A stretch of DNA of 64,000 bases from Octopus bimaculoides (GCF_001194135.2 NC_068981.1:20053443-20117442), one strand, 5' to 3'; counted from the stretch's first letter, positions 12,172-26,575 are shown. Notes: generated by a model not told the origin, from the sequence alone. Translations and numbers: made by a program.

Positions 12172-12377
12172 TGGTTTCAAGTTTTGTCATGAAGCCAGCA
12201 TTTTTGGAGGAAGGTATAAGTCAATTGCATCAACCCCTGTGATCAACTGGTACCTATTTTATCGACCCCAAATGGATGAAAGGTAAGGTCGACCTCAGCA
12301 GAATTTGAACTCAGAACATATAGACAAATGAAATGCTGCTAAGCATTTTGCCTGGTATGCTAACAATTCTGCCAGCA
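12172..12377 (-). mobile_element. SINE family A
   Basis: Homologous to 128-342. More degenerate copies at ~13965-14175, 16440-16660, 20630-20830, 22610-22750, 35740-35850, 63240-63330 (-) and 59960-60060 (+). Confidence 0.8.
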
Positions 12378-12379
12378 GT

Positions 12380-12900
12380 ACAAGGCAGTGGGTCTCATAG
12401 CTTCTGATCTTAACTGTTTGGAAGTGTTATCATGTATATGTTTTGTTTTGGTGTAAAAGATGGGCAACAGCAAATATTCTGCTCAATACCACAGATTTGT
12501 TTGTCAGTTACTTCACCATAATCAGTTGAGCATGTCCCTTGTGGCTGACGATATGTGCATCTCTGATCATGAGCAAAAGTCGTGGGGGAGTATCATAGCC
12601 ATGTGTTGAGAGGGTTTGAATAATTCACATCTAGAAACATGGGTGTTTCATTCATCATCTTTAGACAAACCTTATTCAGGGACCTTTCCTGTGGAATGGG
12701 CTACTCAACCAGAAGAAAATTGTAACTGAGCCCCACCTAAAAAATCATGTGCTGTTTATCTTGGTGTGAGATCACAATGTCACACACATACGGTTGTGAT
12801 GCATGTGCCTAGCATACTTTTATCAGATGAGTAGTCATGATAGATCTATTTGTACTCCAGTGTCACTTTGATGGCATGCACTGTTCTCTCACTCACTCAA
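12380..12900 (+). mobile_element. long (~520 bp) SINE-like element with an (AAT)n tail
   Basis: Non-coding body ending ...GGCATGCACTGTTCTCTCACTCACTC(AAT)n; recognised as a common octopus repeat from memory only, unverified. Confidence 0.55.
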
Positions 12901-12911
12901 TAATAATAATG

Positions 12912-12945
<34 letters not shown>

Positions 12946-13129
12946 TAATAATAAACTACAAGGAGCCTACAGTTGAGTGCATCATCTTCACTGTATTGCT
13001 AGTATAATTTTTTTATCAAGCTTTGGCATAAATAATTAGTGTAATTATTTAGGCCTTCAAATTTTTATGGAATTAAATGTTGTCATTTTGACATTGATTA
13101 GTCACCTGATCCAACATAGTTATTATTAA

Positions 13130-13280
13130 AGATGGTCCAGTTTATTCAGACAGAATGTATCTAGGAATGCACCACTATCCAATGTACCCTTCATTTTGTA
13201 AATAGTAAAAGATTTGTCTACTGTTTCTAGCAGATTAATTGACCACATGATATATTTTATTGTAGATGATAAAGAGCTGC
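13130..13280 (+). mobile_element. interspersed repeat family E; other copies at ~26930-27220, 28020-28290, 30870-31080, 34620-35090, 35240-35650, 40030-40210, 57890-58070, 58390-58610
   Basis: Shared motifs TTTAACCCCAGGTCAGC...CTATGATCAAAG and GATTTAGCTGCTATTTCTAGCAG...GACCAC across copies. Confidence 0.6.
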
Positions 13281-13559
13281 AACAATGGAAAGAAACATGA
13301 TATTATATCTTAAAACATGATATTATATATTAAAACATGATATTATATCTTAAAATCCCCACATAACACTACCAGCACAAAAAAGCACTCAGTACACTTT
13401 GTAAAATGGTTGGTGATAGGAAGGGCATCCAACTGTAGAAACCATGACAAAGCAGACAATGGAGCCTGGTGCAGCTCTCTGGCTTATCAGTTTCTGTCAA
13501 ACCATCTAACCCATGCCAGCATGGAAAACAGATGTTAAATGATGATGATGATGATGTTA

Positions 13560-14280
13560 TCTCTGCTGCATCATATTCTGTAATGTCATTGTTATGTCAT
13601 ATCCTAAAATATCATATACACACCATATTATAACCGCTATTATCACTACCTCTCTATGCCTTGTACTATCACTGTCATACCATATGATGTCCAAAATATC
13701 ATACATAAATCATGTATATAATTGTTACACTATACACTCATAGCAATCATTAGTGCCAAAACCATATTATATCCTTTAAATCATTGTAGTATAATATTCT
13801 ATCCTACAATATTATCACTTCACCATATATAATATTGTTGGCACAGCATTTCATTATTTCATTATTATTATATAATTATCACAATATTTTATAATATATT
13901 TATCATATGTTATCATAGTATCCTTAGCATACCATATCATTATCATAGTCATAAAATTGATTTCTAATACTGACACAAGGCCACCAATTCTGCGAGGAGA
14001 AGACTATCGATTAAAGCAACTCAGTATTTGACTAATACTTACATTATCGATCCCAGAAGGATCAAAGACAAAGTTAATCTTGATAGAATTGGATTTCAGA
14101 ACATAAAAAAACCGTAACTAAATATCACAAGTTCTTTTGTCTGATGCTCTAACAATTTTCCCAATCCACTACCTTTATCTTTGTTAATTTTGCTATATTA
14201 TCAATATCATACACTATTATCCTTATGTCTTTGTCATAACATCATTATTATTATGTTATTGTTCTAATAGGATTTTCGTG
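13560..14280. repeat. degenerate ATATCAT-rich low-complexity tract
   Basis: Read directly. Confidence 0.6.
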
Positions 14281-16691
14281 ATATCATGATATCAATAGTC
14301 TGTTTATATGATGTCATTTCCTAAAATAGCTTATGAATACCACAATTTAACATAGCTAATCAAGTTTCCTTATATTCTTGAGCTAACATTGATGGGTGAA
14401 ATATTTTAGAAATGATATTGATCGCAATTGTCATAGCCATGATAATAATGTTATTAGTGATATGATTAATGAAAAATCATAACTCATGTTACTGCACACT
14501 ATTTTGTCTGATACTGCAGTCTTATCTACTTCCTGGGATGGGGGGCTGCTACTGCACATGTACACACAACTCCCAGACCACACCCCAAAAATTCCACTAA
14601 CACACCCAGACCACTGAGTCATAGACATCCTATTCATTCCCTCTGTCTCTTTGTAGAATTTCATATTCTGTAATTGTCTTAAATTGTTATGCTAATTAAT
14701 AACAGCTGAATTATATGAGATTACAAATGTCTCAGGAACCTGCGCACTTGTTACAGAATGTGGATAAAACAACTTTGTCGACAACTTCTGAAGTGTGAAA
14801 TATGTCTGTGGTTGGATATTGGCTCCTTGAAATTACAGATTATGACACTTTTTTCACTCCTGTTATAATGTTATCTGCTCCTCTGAGTGAAAAAACTGCA
14901 TTTCACCACCACTCAATTCTACCCTTTTCATCCACCAGCCATTCCTCTTATCAAACACACTCACCCTCAAACTTTACACAAAATCTTTCTTTGATCCTTT
15001 TTTCCCCTAGACTTCTGGAATTTCCACTTAAGCTTATATTTTAGTCTCGTCAACCCACAAAGGATAAAGTTGAGCATCAACTACATCAGTTTTGCCAATA
15101 AGGAATGGTGCGTAAAGGTTCGTCCTCTTCTATAAATCATTAAAAAAAATGATTAAACATAAAAAATGAAGTGTCCTACTTGTTGTCACTGAGTGCCAGT
15201 GGCACTGGGGAAAAAGTAATTTTGAATGGCTAGCCTTAGTGTTGTGACTTGTTACTATAGAAATAACATTTGCAGCAACAGCAGCTATGATACTCTCCTT
15301 AGAGCCATGCTGTTGTTACTGTTTCTACTATCTACCAATACCTTCTGCAGTTTTAGGCCTGAAGACTATCAAATGAATCTAGTCCCACACATGTAACACA
15401 TGTGCTTTCTGTCCAGCCATGCCAGTATGATTAACTTCCCACAATGAGATCCAACTCCAGCTTAACTTTCGACCTTCCAGGATCATTAGGACCTAGATAT
15501 ATTCATACAGACCTCCACTTTATTACATGTTGTAGATCACCTCTGCATTCAACACCTGCTTATACCGTGCTGCCAAGAGAATGTCAAGTGAAATTCAACC
15601 ACAGTTTCCATATCAGTGACCATGAACATCATATTCCTTTTCTCCATGTACTGCAACATCAACCTGTGAAACAGATATGGGGTGCACTAACTTTGCTTGT
15701 CTCTTTGGTTCAGCTTCAGTCTTAAAGACCTGGTACACACTTCTATATACTATGCCTTGGCCACATTATACCGTTAATCCCTCAACTTCACTTTCAGGAG
15801 TATTTGGGAGCTCCTTTTATTTATTTATTGACAGAGTTATGTTACTTTCCTCTTTGCCTAGTCTTGGGTAAATTCATTGTCCATTAAGCCATTCTTTTTT
15901 GTGATATACTTCTACACATTCTTTTACCTGCAGTTGATATATGTCTAGTAACATTTTTGCGAATCACAAGGATAGTAAAAGATTCTGATGTTGTCAGTGA
16001 TGCTTTTTTGGTGTTATTTAAATTTATGTTTAGACTTCATTTTACTTTTGTGCTTCTCAACTGTGTTTCTGTCTTTTTATTTATTTATTTATTTATCTAT
16101 TGGTGTGGAATTTTTCCTTTAACGTGACCCTATGTCTGCAAAAATTTGGTAGAAACGGGTGTGTTCACTGCTACCATCACTGTTGCTACTACAGAGATAA
16201 GCTATATTGAACAACTAATAAAGCAAAATTAATTTTTACAAAAGAATATGCAGACAATTGAATGTTGAAGGACAAATATTTTTTTCGCATACCAGCTAAT
16301 GTGGGGATAAGACATTTAATTATTTTGATGTCCATTGTTTCTGAAAAAAATCACCTTAATTAAGTAAACATTGTAAGATGTAACTTTTTTATGGAACTCT
16401 GTTACAGTTGCCCATTCAAGTAAACAACACAACAATAATTTCAAACATGGGAACAAAGCCACAAATTTGGGTAAAAGTGGTCGGTCATTTAACTCAATTT
16501 GTTATTTCACTTTGATCAGTCTCCACCTGCTCACAAGGATCAAAGATAAAGTTAACCTCAGCAGGGTTTGAACGCTGAATGTGAAAGGGCCCTAAGTTAA
16601 TATCACTAGACATTTTGTCTGACACCCCAACTATTTTTGCCAATCCTTTGCCTATAATGGGCATAACCAGGAAATGAATAATAATAATAAT

Positions 16692-16741
<50 letters not shown>

Positions 16742-18130
16742 TAATAACCACAATAACAACACCCATCATTTTCGTTATCATCATCATCATAGTTACCATA
16801 TCATCATCATAGTTACCATCATCATCATAGTTACCAAATGTAAATACCTACTATTTCGTTTATTTCTTTGCACTTTTTAATAATAACATAATAATGAATA
16901 ATTGGCTTGGATTGGTGATATATGAATTCTGAAATATATGTCATCAGTCTATAGATGAAGGAGATATTTCCTAATAGAAAAAAACATAGAAGTGGAGGGG
17001 AAAAAAAGGTGATTTAAAAGACTTATCTAAATAATAAATGTGAAATATAGAAGTATAATGATGTGTAGAATTATTTTTTAAAAGAAAAACCTCCATTTAG
17101 AATGACGTTTTATGTTGTAATCTTTTAAAAAATTTTTTATAATTTTTATTTTACCTCACATTACACTCTACATAATGTTTTCAGTTGCTTGATAGCTAGC
17201 TAGAAAATTTTGTGTTTTAGTTGATAATGCAGAATTTATACAAAATGGAAATTTTTCTGATGCCTATCTAACTGTAGCTGCTTACAGGTACGTACAATGG
17301 AAATAACTGCTCTTATCAGCATATCAGTTATAAACCAACTGACCACAAAATATCACATGGTTATGCACTTCTTCGTACCTGCACAGAAGATGAAAAACAT
17401 GCTGAGAAAATTAAAAATAAAAAAATGGATAAGAAAATACTAAATAATGGCAACACGAATAACAACAACAACAATAATAATAATAGTAATCATAATTGTA
17501 TCAAAAAATAATAATAGTAATAACAATAATGATGATATTGGCAGGTATTTTACATAAATCTTCTCTACATGTAATCGAATGTGAACATTCTTTGAAAAGA
17601 ATCTTGATAATGTTCATCTTTGTGGGTGCCCTGAAGTCAGGGGATGAATATTCCAAGAACATCCAAGGCTTTTAAACATCAGTGAAGCAATAGAAAAGAA
17701 AAAAAGGAAAAAAAAAAAAGGAAAAGTGATAAAGAAAGACAGAAAGAAAAACCCCTTCAGTTTGATTTCGTTACTTTACATGGAAAAATGATGTCTGAGA
17801 AAATGAGATTGTACATTTCTTTTTTTTTTTTTGTTCTGCTTCTCTCTTCCACAGAATCATTCTTTACTAAGTACCTTAAATACACACACAAATACACATA
17901 CACACACACAGTTTCTGTCTCTTTTAGGCTCACTGCCTCATTCCACTTTCTACTCACACTCTCTCTTCTATTCATTCCACTTTCTTTAACATTACCTGCC
18001 TCTGTCCCCACCTTCTGCTCCTGCAATCAACAATATTTTTACTTTCCATTATATTTTCTTTACATCATCAATATCATATTTGCTTCACCACCATCTGCAC
18101 ACACATGTGTGATTGAGCATGTACGTTATG

Positions 18131-18202
<72 letters not shown>

Positions 18203-18706
18203 CACATTCATACATGCATACATACACAACACACGTTACACAAGTTAACAGATCTTCATTGGTTTCATCACTTCAGATGATAAGTATTCCAGTTCAATAA
18301 AATGAACCACGTAGTCAATGAATTTTTATGTAAGTGGCTAAGTATTCCATGGACTCTTGTGGCTCTAATGTAATACTAAAGCAGAATCAGTGTGACACAG
18401 TGTATGTGACAAGGCTATCCCCTTGCATTACAGATACAGTCCATCCATCAGGCTTCCACACAGCTTTCATCTACCTAGTTTCATTCATAAGACATGGGCT
18501 GCCTCAAGGATAAGGTTAAAAATAAAAGATACTTGCACAAGGTTCCTCATTGGAATTGAACCCAGTACATCAGTATTGTAATGAAGATTTCTTAACCACT
18601 CAGCTATGCCTGCATTATTATATACATATGTATACATGCATATATACATCATCACCATGATAGATATATATAGACAGATAAACAGGCACACATGTATATA
18701 TGTGTA

Positions 18707-18741
<35 letters not shown>

Positions 18742-19449
18742 CAAATAATGTGTGTGTGCATATATATAAAACAATACATTGAAATATATATCTGTGTGCA
18801 TACACATGCACATACACACACATATTTATGCACATATTGTTTTCTAGTGAAAAAATGTCATGATAAATAGCTTTTAATACCTGCACCTTTTTATGTTATT
18901 ATTATTATTTTTACCAAATATGAACATTTCAGTTTTCCTTTATCATGTCAGTATTAAATGTGAGTTCACTTTTGAAGATATTTTCATTATTTTCAACCTT
19001 GCTTGGTTAAGCAGAATGATCTTGCTATAAACCTCTGCTGATGCAATCATCAATATGGCTTCAGTTTAGGTTTTACTTGTTCATTTTAACATTCATGAAA
19101 AAGAATTTTTTTTTTTTTTTAAAAGAAAAGAAAACGTTTTTTTCTTTTTGTCCAACCTGCCGTCATTTTTTTTACCTTATTTATTGGTTGAGAGACCATA
19201 TAACTTTCAATCATTGTACATGTTTAGTTAGGAAATCAACTGAGTATGTTAGAATAAATAATCTAGTTATTGCAGTGTGGGAACTCATATTCAACAACAG
19301 ACATAGTTTCACCAGTGAAATTAGTTTCGTTTGTTTCATCCCCAGCTGTTTCAATGTTCTAAGCTGCTTAGTTACACCTTTCCTCAATATCTCCATTCTC
19401 AGATAGTTCCATAAACTAGTGAATATACTTCTCTGTTGATTTGTCATCA

Positions 19450-20160
19450 CTTGCAGTTTGTCATATGCCCTAGCTAGTTAGAACTGTTCTGCTGTTTATT
19501 TTAGAGAGTTAGTACAGTTCTGGTGTTTGTTCTAGTTAGTTACTACAGTCCTAACATTTGTCCTAGCTAGCTTGTACATCACTGTTGCTTGTCCTAACTA
19601 ATAAGTAAGGTTCTACTGTGTGTCCAAGCTAGTAATTACATTTCTGCTGTTTGTCAGTGAGTGCAGTTAGTCGTTAAGTCCTAGTGTATACCCTATATAA
19701 TTATTAAAATCCTATTTGTCTCAGCTGGTACGTATATCCTTGCTCATCGTTCAAGTTTGCACCATTATTTCATACAGTTCTTCAATGTGTCCTAGCCTGT
19801 TAATTCAGTCTTGTTCTTTGTCCTGTTTAGTATTATTAGTTTATGATCCTTGTGTACTTCCTAGATAATTATTAAAATCCTACTGCTTGTCCTAACTATT
19901 ATGTTCTTGCTCCTTGTTCTACTTTGCACAGTTGATTAATACAGTCTTCCAATATGTACTAGCTAGATAGTATAGTCCTCCAGTGTATCCTGGCTAGCTA
20001 GCCCAATCTTGCTATTTTGCTTAACTTAGTATTATTCTCACAGAGTGGGCTTACTATTTTTACTAAGTGGTATTACCCTACCATTTGTCTTGATTATACA
20101 CTGAAGCCATTTGTTGTAACCAGTAACTACAGTCTTGCTATTTGTCCTAATTAATTAATA
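19450..20160. repeat. degenerate tandem array, ~30-35 bp period (TGTCCTAGCTAGTTAGTACAGT..)
   Basis: The GTCCTA(G/A)CTA motif recurs more than 15 times. Confidence 0.75.
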
Positions 20161-20984
20161 ATGATCTATCATAGTTGTACTCAGAAAAGTCTAAATATCT
20201 CCAGTTACCTCCAAGTAATATAGATGACCTCATGGTATTAAGCTGATAATTATTTCATTTTGATTAGAATGTAAGCTTATCACAGATAACATTCCTAGAT
20301 GAACTGATACATATTCCTGGGCAAACAATGCAGTGCATTTGGCATATTTCTTTCAAAGTACTTCCTTTTGATTTGAACTCAAGATCTTTGAACTGGTAGC
20401 TCAATACTTTATCCATTAGACCATCTTGTCTGAACTCATTAAATTTCACTCTCATTTGTATTAAATAATTATGTTTTGATATTTCCATCATCTTATAAAT
20501 CTTTTAAATGGAAAATAGTGGTTATAGAGAAGATCTGTTCATTAATATCATCATTATTCTACTCTGGTAGCAACCAAATGTTCCTCAAATCACACATTAC
20601 CTTCTTGTATATTTATATATACATATATGGTCTCTAATATAAGCACAAGGCCTGAAATTTGGTGAGAGAGATAGTCAATTGCATCAACCCCAGTGCTCAA
20701 CTGGTACTTATTTTATCAACCCCTGACAGAATGAAAGGCAATGTCATTCTTGGCATAATTTGAACTCATAAAGCCAAAACAAATACTGCTTAAAATTTTG
20801 TTCAACATGTTAATAATTGTGTCAGCTTGCTACCTTCATATCCTATATATATATANNNNNNNNNNNNNNNNNNNNNNNNNNNNNNNNNNNNNNNNNNNNN
20901 NNNNNNNNNNNNNNNNNNNNNNNNNNNNNNNNNNNNNNNNNNNNNNNNNNNNNNNNNNNNNNNNNNNNNNNNNNNNNNNATATA

Positions 20985-22068
20985 TATTAACTGTTACAAC
21001 ATCATTATTGAAAGTTTTACCATTGAAAGAATTTTGCAAACTTCGAAATAAATGGTAATCTGATGGTGCAAGTTTAGGGCTACATTGTGGGTGTGACATC
21101 ACTTCCCAACCAAGCACCAATAATTTTTCACTAGTTAGCAAAGATGTGTGTGGTCTAGTGTTGTTATGGTGGAACACAATCCCTTTATGATTTGCCAATT
21201 CTGGCCATTTTTCTTTGATTGCTTGCTCTCGTTTCATTAGCTGTTGACAGTAAACATCTGAATTGATCGTTTGGTTCCTTAGAGAGCAGCTCAAAATACA
21301 CAACACCTTTGTAATCCCACCAAATTGATAGCATGACCTTCTTCTGATGCAATTCAGCTTTCGGTGTGGTTTGTGCTGGTTCATTACTCTTGGACTATGA
21401 TCGTTTTTGATTGATATTATTGTAGACAATCCATTTTTCATCACCAGTGATGATTTGTTTCAAAAATTGGTTGATTTCATAGAATTTGAAATGCATATTG
21501 CAAGTATTGATTAGTTGTGTTAAGTGAAACTCTTTCGATTTATGTGAAACCCAAATATCAAGCCTCTTAACAAGTCCAAGACAGTTTAAGTGATTTTCAA
21601 TTGTTGTGTGTGATACATTTTTCTCTGCAATCTCTCACAGAGTTATATGACAATCAGATTCAATTATGGCTTTGATTCAGTCATCATCAACTTCAGCAGG
21701 TCAACCAGAACATTGGCCATCTTTGAGTGAAAAATCTCCAGAGCAGAACTTTTTAAATTTCCGACATGTGCATTCTGTTAACTATAAACTTCACATATCT
21801 CTTTATGAGCCTCTGCAGCTTTCTTGCTTTTACGAAAATAAAAAATAAAAATGTGGTGAAAATGTTCGTTTTTACACTCCAGGTTAAAATTGACACTGAA
21901 CTAACAGCCGTAAACAAAATTACGCACAATTTGCTTCTAAAGTAAGCTAAAAGTAACAGCTATCAAATATCAAAAGGAAAACATCATAACATTGACAAAA
22001 GTCATTTAAAAAAATCGTAATTCTATCTATTTGCGCAAAAACGAAGTTACTTTCTTGCCAACCCAATA
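20985..22068 (-). mobile_element. mariner (DD34D) transposon fossil; the left (3') end is lost at the gap
   Basis: ORF 20836-21444: VFHHNNTRPHTSLLTSEKLLVLGWEVMSHPQCSPKLAPSDYHLFRSLQ (34 spacing); N-terminal HTH region at 21600-21870; mariner-type TIR TATTGGGTTGGCAAGAAAGTAAC ending in TA at 22067-22068. Confidence 0.92.
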
Positions 22069-25019
22069 CATAAATAAGAACATGGAAGACATGTTAAATA
22101 ATGATGATACACTCTAAAGTAAAATTTACCAGAAAGATACAGCAGACAATTCAGAGAGAGAGGAAGGGAAGATAAAAGGGATCAATAAATAAGACAATGA
22201 ACTATGTTCGTTCACCGCAGTTAACAGAGAAGTAGTTAAGGAAAAAGAGAAGGTCGGTTACTCTTATAAAAGTAGAGAGAACAAGTAATATGCCACTAAT
22301 CTGTAAGCTGATTGTACAGGTAGAAGCTTGTGTTACAAATTGATTGTCAATCTGATTATCATCATTTTCCTCCTCCTCCATCTTCTTTCCATCATGTTGG
22401 GCTAGATGACAGATGTGCCATTTAACCTGATAATTATAGGATTTGTCTAGCATTGTTCCACCACTATGCCTTTTGAAACTAATGATATTTATGGGTCACT
22501 ACTCCTCACTAGACTTTACAGTAGTTAGGATTTACACCCTCATCTGACCTTAACATGTAAATAGTACTAAGTAAAATTCGTTTGGGATTCTTTGCTGCAG
22601 TGTCTTGCTTGAAGAAACCTGGGAGACACCAGTATTGATTCTTTAGTTTAATTACCTCGGAAGGATGAAAGGCAATTAGATTTGAACTGAATATGATTTG
22701 AATTTTGAACTAAAAGGGCAAAAATTAAATGCCACAAAGAACATGATTGTGCCACTCAATTGCTCATTATTACAATTGTGAAATATATAAAAGATTTTCT
22801 AATGAATACTGAAACTATCATCTACTACTGTCCATTCCCTTTTAATTTGTCATCTTATTCCTTTTTTTTCTTTCAGTATTTTCATCATTTCTAACTTTTA
22901 TTGCACCCAATGTTGGTCAAATGAATTTGTAAATTTCCAAATTTCAAAAATTCGATTTTTATAGCAGCTTTCATTTTGAAACTTTAATTAAGTATGGCTT
23001 TTGAAGAAGAAAATCTTTGAAAACAACTGACAAAGTCCAGTCAAAGTTTCCTTCATAAAAGAGGAAAAACAATAGCTACCACTTGTGAAAGTAGCTTTAA
23101 ATTTAAATAACTTTCTTGTGATCAATGTTTTATTGATACATATTGATTTCCTTGATTATAAAAGAAGTTCAATTTAAGTTGAGGACTCTATAGAATGTTT
23201 CAGGTATATTAATTTTGTCCCAGTCAGACTGCTATATTATTAATATTTTCATTTCTAAGAAACTTAGAAATATATTGCTTAGTTGATGTGAAATAATTTA
23301 TTTCTTGTTTTTCTGTAAAGAAATACACAATTCTGTTTCGTAAAACATTAATTATTTCTTCTTGAGTTATTTATTTACTTTCTTATCAGCTATAAATATT
23401 AATTATTTACTTCACATGAGACCAGAACAGTCCCACTACCCCCAACACCCCCATTACAGAAAGACTTATGACTTCTTTAAATAAGCTACATAATATAAAG
23501 GTATAAGTTCCATTGCTGTATTATAAGATGATACTCTTCTCTGTATTACATTGACACAAGTATCATTTAGCTTTGACTTATTTCAATAAACAAGACATCA
23601 ATTTCAGAAATTTAGCTGTATTGTTGAGTCATTTTCTCCAATGGAATTTGCTCTCTTATAAAAGAATTCTTGGGGAATATACATAGGGATTGTCTATTGA
23701 ATTGTTTCATTCTTCTCTGTTTTGTCTAGTGTAAATATTTATAACAACAGTTCAGTTACTTTTATCCTATGTTTTGATTCCCTATCTTAAACTATTGATT
23801 TCCTTCCTTACTTCCACTCACAACCCACCACCTCTTGCATCATGATAAATGTTCTGAATCGGTGTTCTTTTACTGCTCTTTACCTTAAAGACTACACTAA
23901 TAAATATTCATGAATAATGGATGTATTTCACTGTCTAGGGAGCACATGTTGATTTAGTGTGTTCTTGACTTTAATATTGTTCCATCCCACAGACCTTTGC
24001 CTACACACCTCTTTCTACATCTTTATTAATATCACTTACACTTTTCACTACTTCTTTTTCTGCTGCATCTCCTCCCTTCCTAGTCAACTCATACAGTTTT
24101 CTTTCACCATTATTCTCTTTCACAAGCTTTCCTTTCTTCCTTCAAGTCTATTTCTTTTTTCCTCCTCTGTTGCCGAAAAATAATATATTATCTATCATTG
24201 AAAAGTTCTGAATCAATATTTTCCTCATATTGGTCTTTCTAATTGACTAATCTACTGAGCTGTTAACCAGTTGAGACCAGTCTGAGAGATGGAGAGGCCA
24301 ATAACAGGAGGTGCTTTATATCATTTAGAAAATCTTGTATCCGTTTTCAGCAAGAACTAAAGTGGCAAACAAGCATGTCTTATAATCTGTTTTATTCTCC
24401 CTTTACAATCATTTTACTATGTGACACTTTTGACCCCATGAATAAATAGATGGTGTAAAACTGGATGGCACTTAGCTGTTTGCCTTTCTATGTGAATGTG
24501 TGTGTGTGTGTTTATATGTAAGTGTATGTGCATATTATCTCATACATATAATTTATGCATCTTTAATCACACACTCATTCTCATAAAACTACCATCATCT
24601 TCATCAAAATTATTCTGGTTTATATGCATATACAAGCTATATCTGTTCATATATATTAAAAGTCAGAGATATTTATGCAAGCTTATATTACTAAACCAAT
24701 TTATGTGGTTCCAGTTGTTGGCAATTTAGCTATTTGCTGTTTTGTTCAAGCAGTTGGCATGTTTCCCATTTTACTATTGACCTTTTCTAACAGGAACTTA
24801 ATGTCTTGCATATATTTTTCAGATCTTTACTTTTGAGATTGATATTTTCTTCGGATCAACTTTTCACTTTAAATGTTTTAGAAACTAACAAATCCATTGA
24901 TAAATGGTGCCTTGATATTGATTTTGTGTGCAGAATGTGTTAAATTATATGTATATATTTATTACTGTTGTTGTTTTTGTTGCATGCTTAGAGTGTGCAG
25001 AGCACTGTAATTTATGCAT

Positions 25020-25150
25020 TTGTAGAACAAATCTTGTGAATGACCTTGAAGAGGCAAATAGTGAGGGAATCAAACTGGAGTGTAGTCCCTGTGGTAGTCA
25101 AATTGATTATATTCTCTCAGGCAAAGTGGGATCAAAAGTGTTCTAGATGC
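25020..25150 (+). mobile_element. RTE LINE endonuclease fragment
   Basis: GSQIDYIL motif in ORF 24928-25146. Confidence 0.5.
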
Positions 25151-25249
25151 CTTTGAACTCTCATAGCAAGGCTGTGAGAAGGGTACTGATGTCTTAGTAA
25201 ACCTAGAATTTCTATACAAATATGTCAAAATTTTGATCTGGAGACCACT

Positions 25250-25560
25250 CCAATGATATAATCCATAGCCAGTAATGGCTATTTTTCTAAAGTAGCTTCC
25301 TAGTCATAAGAAAGCTGTGCTGTGGAAACAAACATTATTCAGTAATGACCTGGAGATCACATCAGTGCCTTAATCAGTAGTCATGACCCAGAATCCTCTC
25401 TCCATTGATATAATCTCCAGGTAGTCATGACATGAGTTCATACCATTGACATAAATCAGAGCTAGTGACTTCATTCATAGTCCATAAAATCTTGGAGGTC
25501 ATTCACAGCCAGTCATCATGACCTGGAAATCACACCAGTGCTATAATCACCAGTCAGTTT
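25250..25560. repeat. degenerate ~40-bp tandem repeat (AGTCATGACCTGGAGATCACACCAGTG..)
   Basis: The CATGACC...ATCAC...ATAATC motif recurs. Confidence 0.6.
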
Positions 25561-26075
25561 ATATTCAAGTTAAACACATCAGTTTTTTCATGTTTATGTA
25601 AAAGGTTAGGTGACTGTAAAATATGCAAGTATAACTAACCAAGATATTCTATCATCATAAAATAGAAGTCATGTTATTTTAAAACTTTTGTACAAGGTTA
25701 GCTGAGACAGTTGACACCTCTTCCTGGCATTAAAATAAAATCTCTTCTTCACTCGTATGGTCTACCTACGGTTAAAGAAAAATAAAATTGTTATGAGATG
25801 CTTTCTCATTATTTATGTAAGGATTTCAACACTGACATTTTAGGTAGGCTGTAATAAGTGTGTACTTTCACTGAAGAGTTCAAACAAGAAGAAAGGAAAA
25901 ATAAACGACTGCAGCTGCATCCCATATTCCTAGAGTAAAACACTGTATTGATAATCAATTAATATTATTTATATTTTATTGCATATCACATTTTAAATTA
26001 GCTTTTTAGTATTTTTGTTTATACTTTCGCCCTCTTTTCACTTAAAGGGAGACAGTAGTGGTTATAATAATGATA

Positions 26076-26264
26076 ATGGTTTCAAATTTTGGTACAAGGC
26101 CAGCAGTTTTAAGGAGAGGGGTTTAGTTGATTACGTAGACCCCAGTGCTCAGCTGCTACTTATTTTATTGAGGATGAAAGGCAGCAGAATTTGAACTCAG
26201 AAAGTAAAGAGTCAGAATAAATACCACAAAGCATTTTTACCAAAACTCTAACAATTCTGCCAGT
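26076..26264 (-). mobile_element. SINE family A (left arm of an inverted pair)
   Basis: Homologous to 128-342. Confidence 0.8.
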
Positions 26265-26416
26265 TTTATTTGCTACAAGGGCTCAAAGAGATAAATTTAC
26301 AAAGGTTTCATAAAGGGTCACAAAGAAAGAAACGATAATGTGCTGTGTGAAAAGACATATTTGCCAATTATAAAAAGAGATGTAAGAGGCTTTTACAATA
26401 TATGGAAAGACAAAAG

Positions 26417-26575
26417 CAGCGAGCTGGCAGAAACGTTAGCATGCTGGGTGAAATGTTTAGTGGTATTTCATCTGTCTCTATGTTCTGAGTTCAAATTCTG
26501 CCAAGGTCAACTTTGCCTTTCATCATTTCAGGGTCAATAAATTAAATACCAGTTGTGTATTGGGGTCGACTGGGT
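26417..26575 (+). mobile_element. SINE family A (right arm of an inverted pair)
   Basis: GGCAGAAACGTTAGCA...GAGTTCAAATTCTGCC head on the + strand. Confidence 0.85.

Noticed and set aside
14431-14664. 77-aa minus-strand ORF with a hydrophobic tail
   Set aside because: No convincing splice or start context; consistent with chance.
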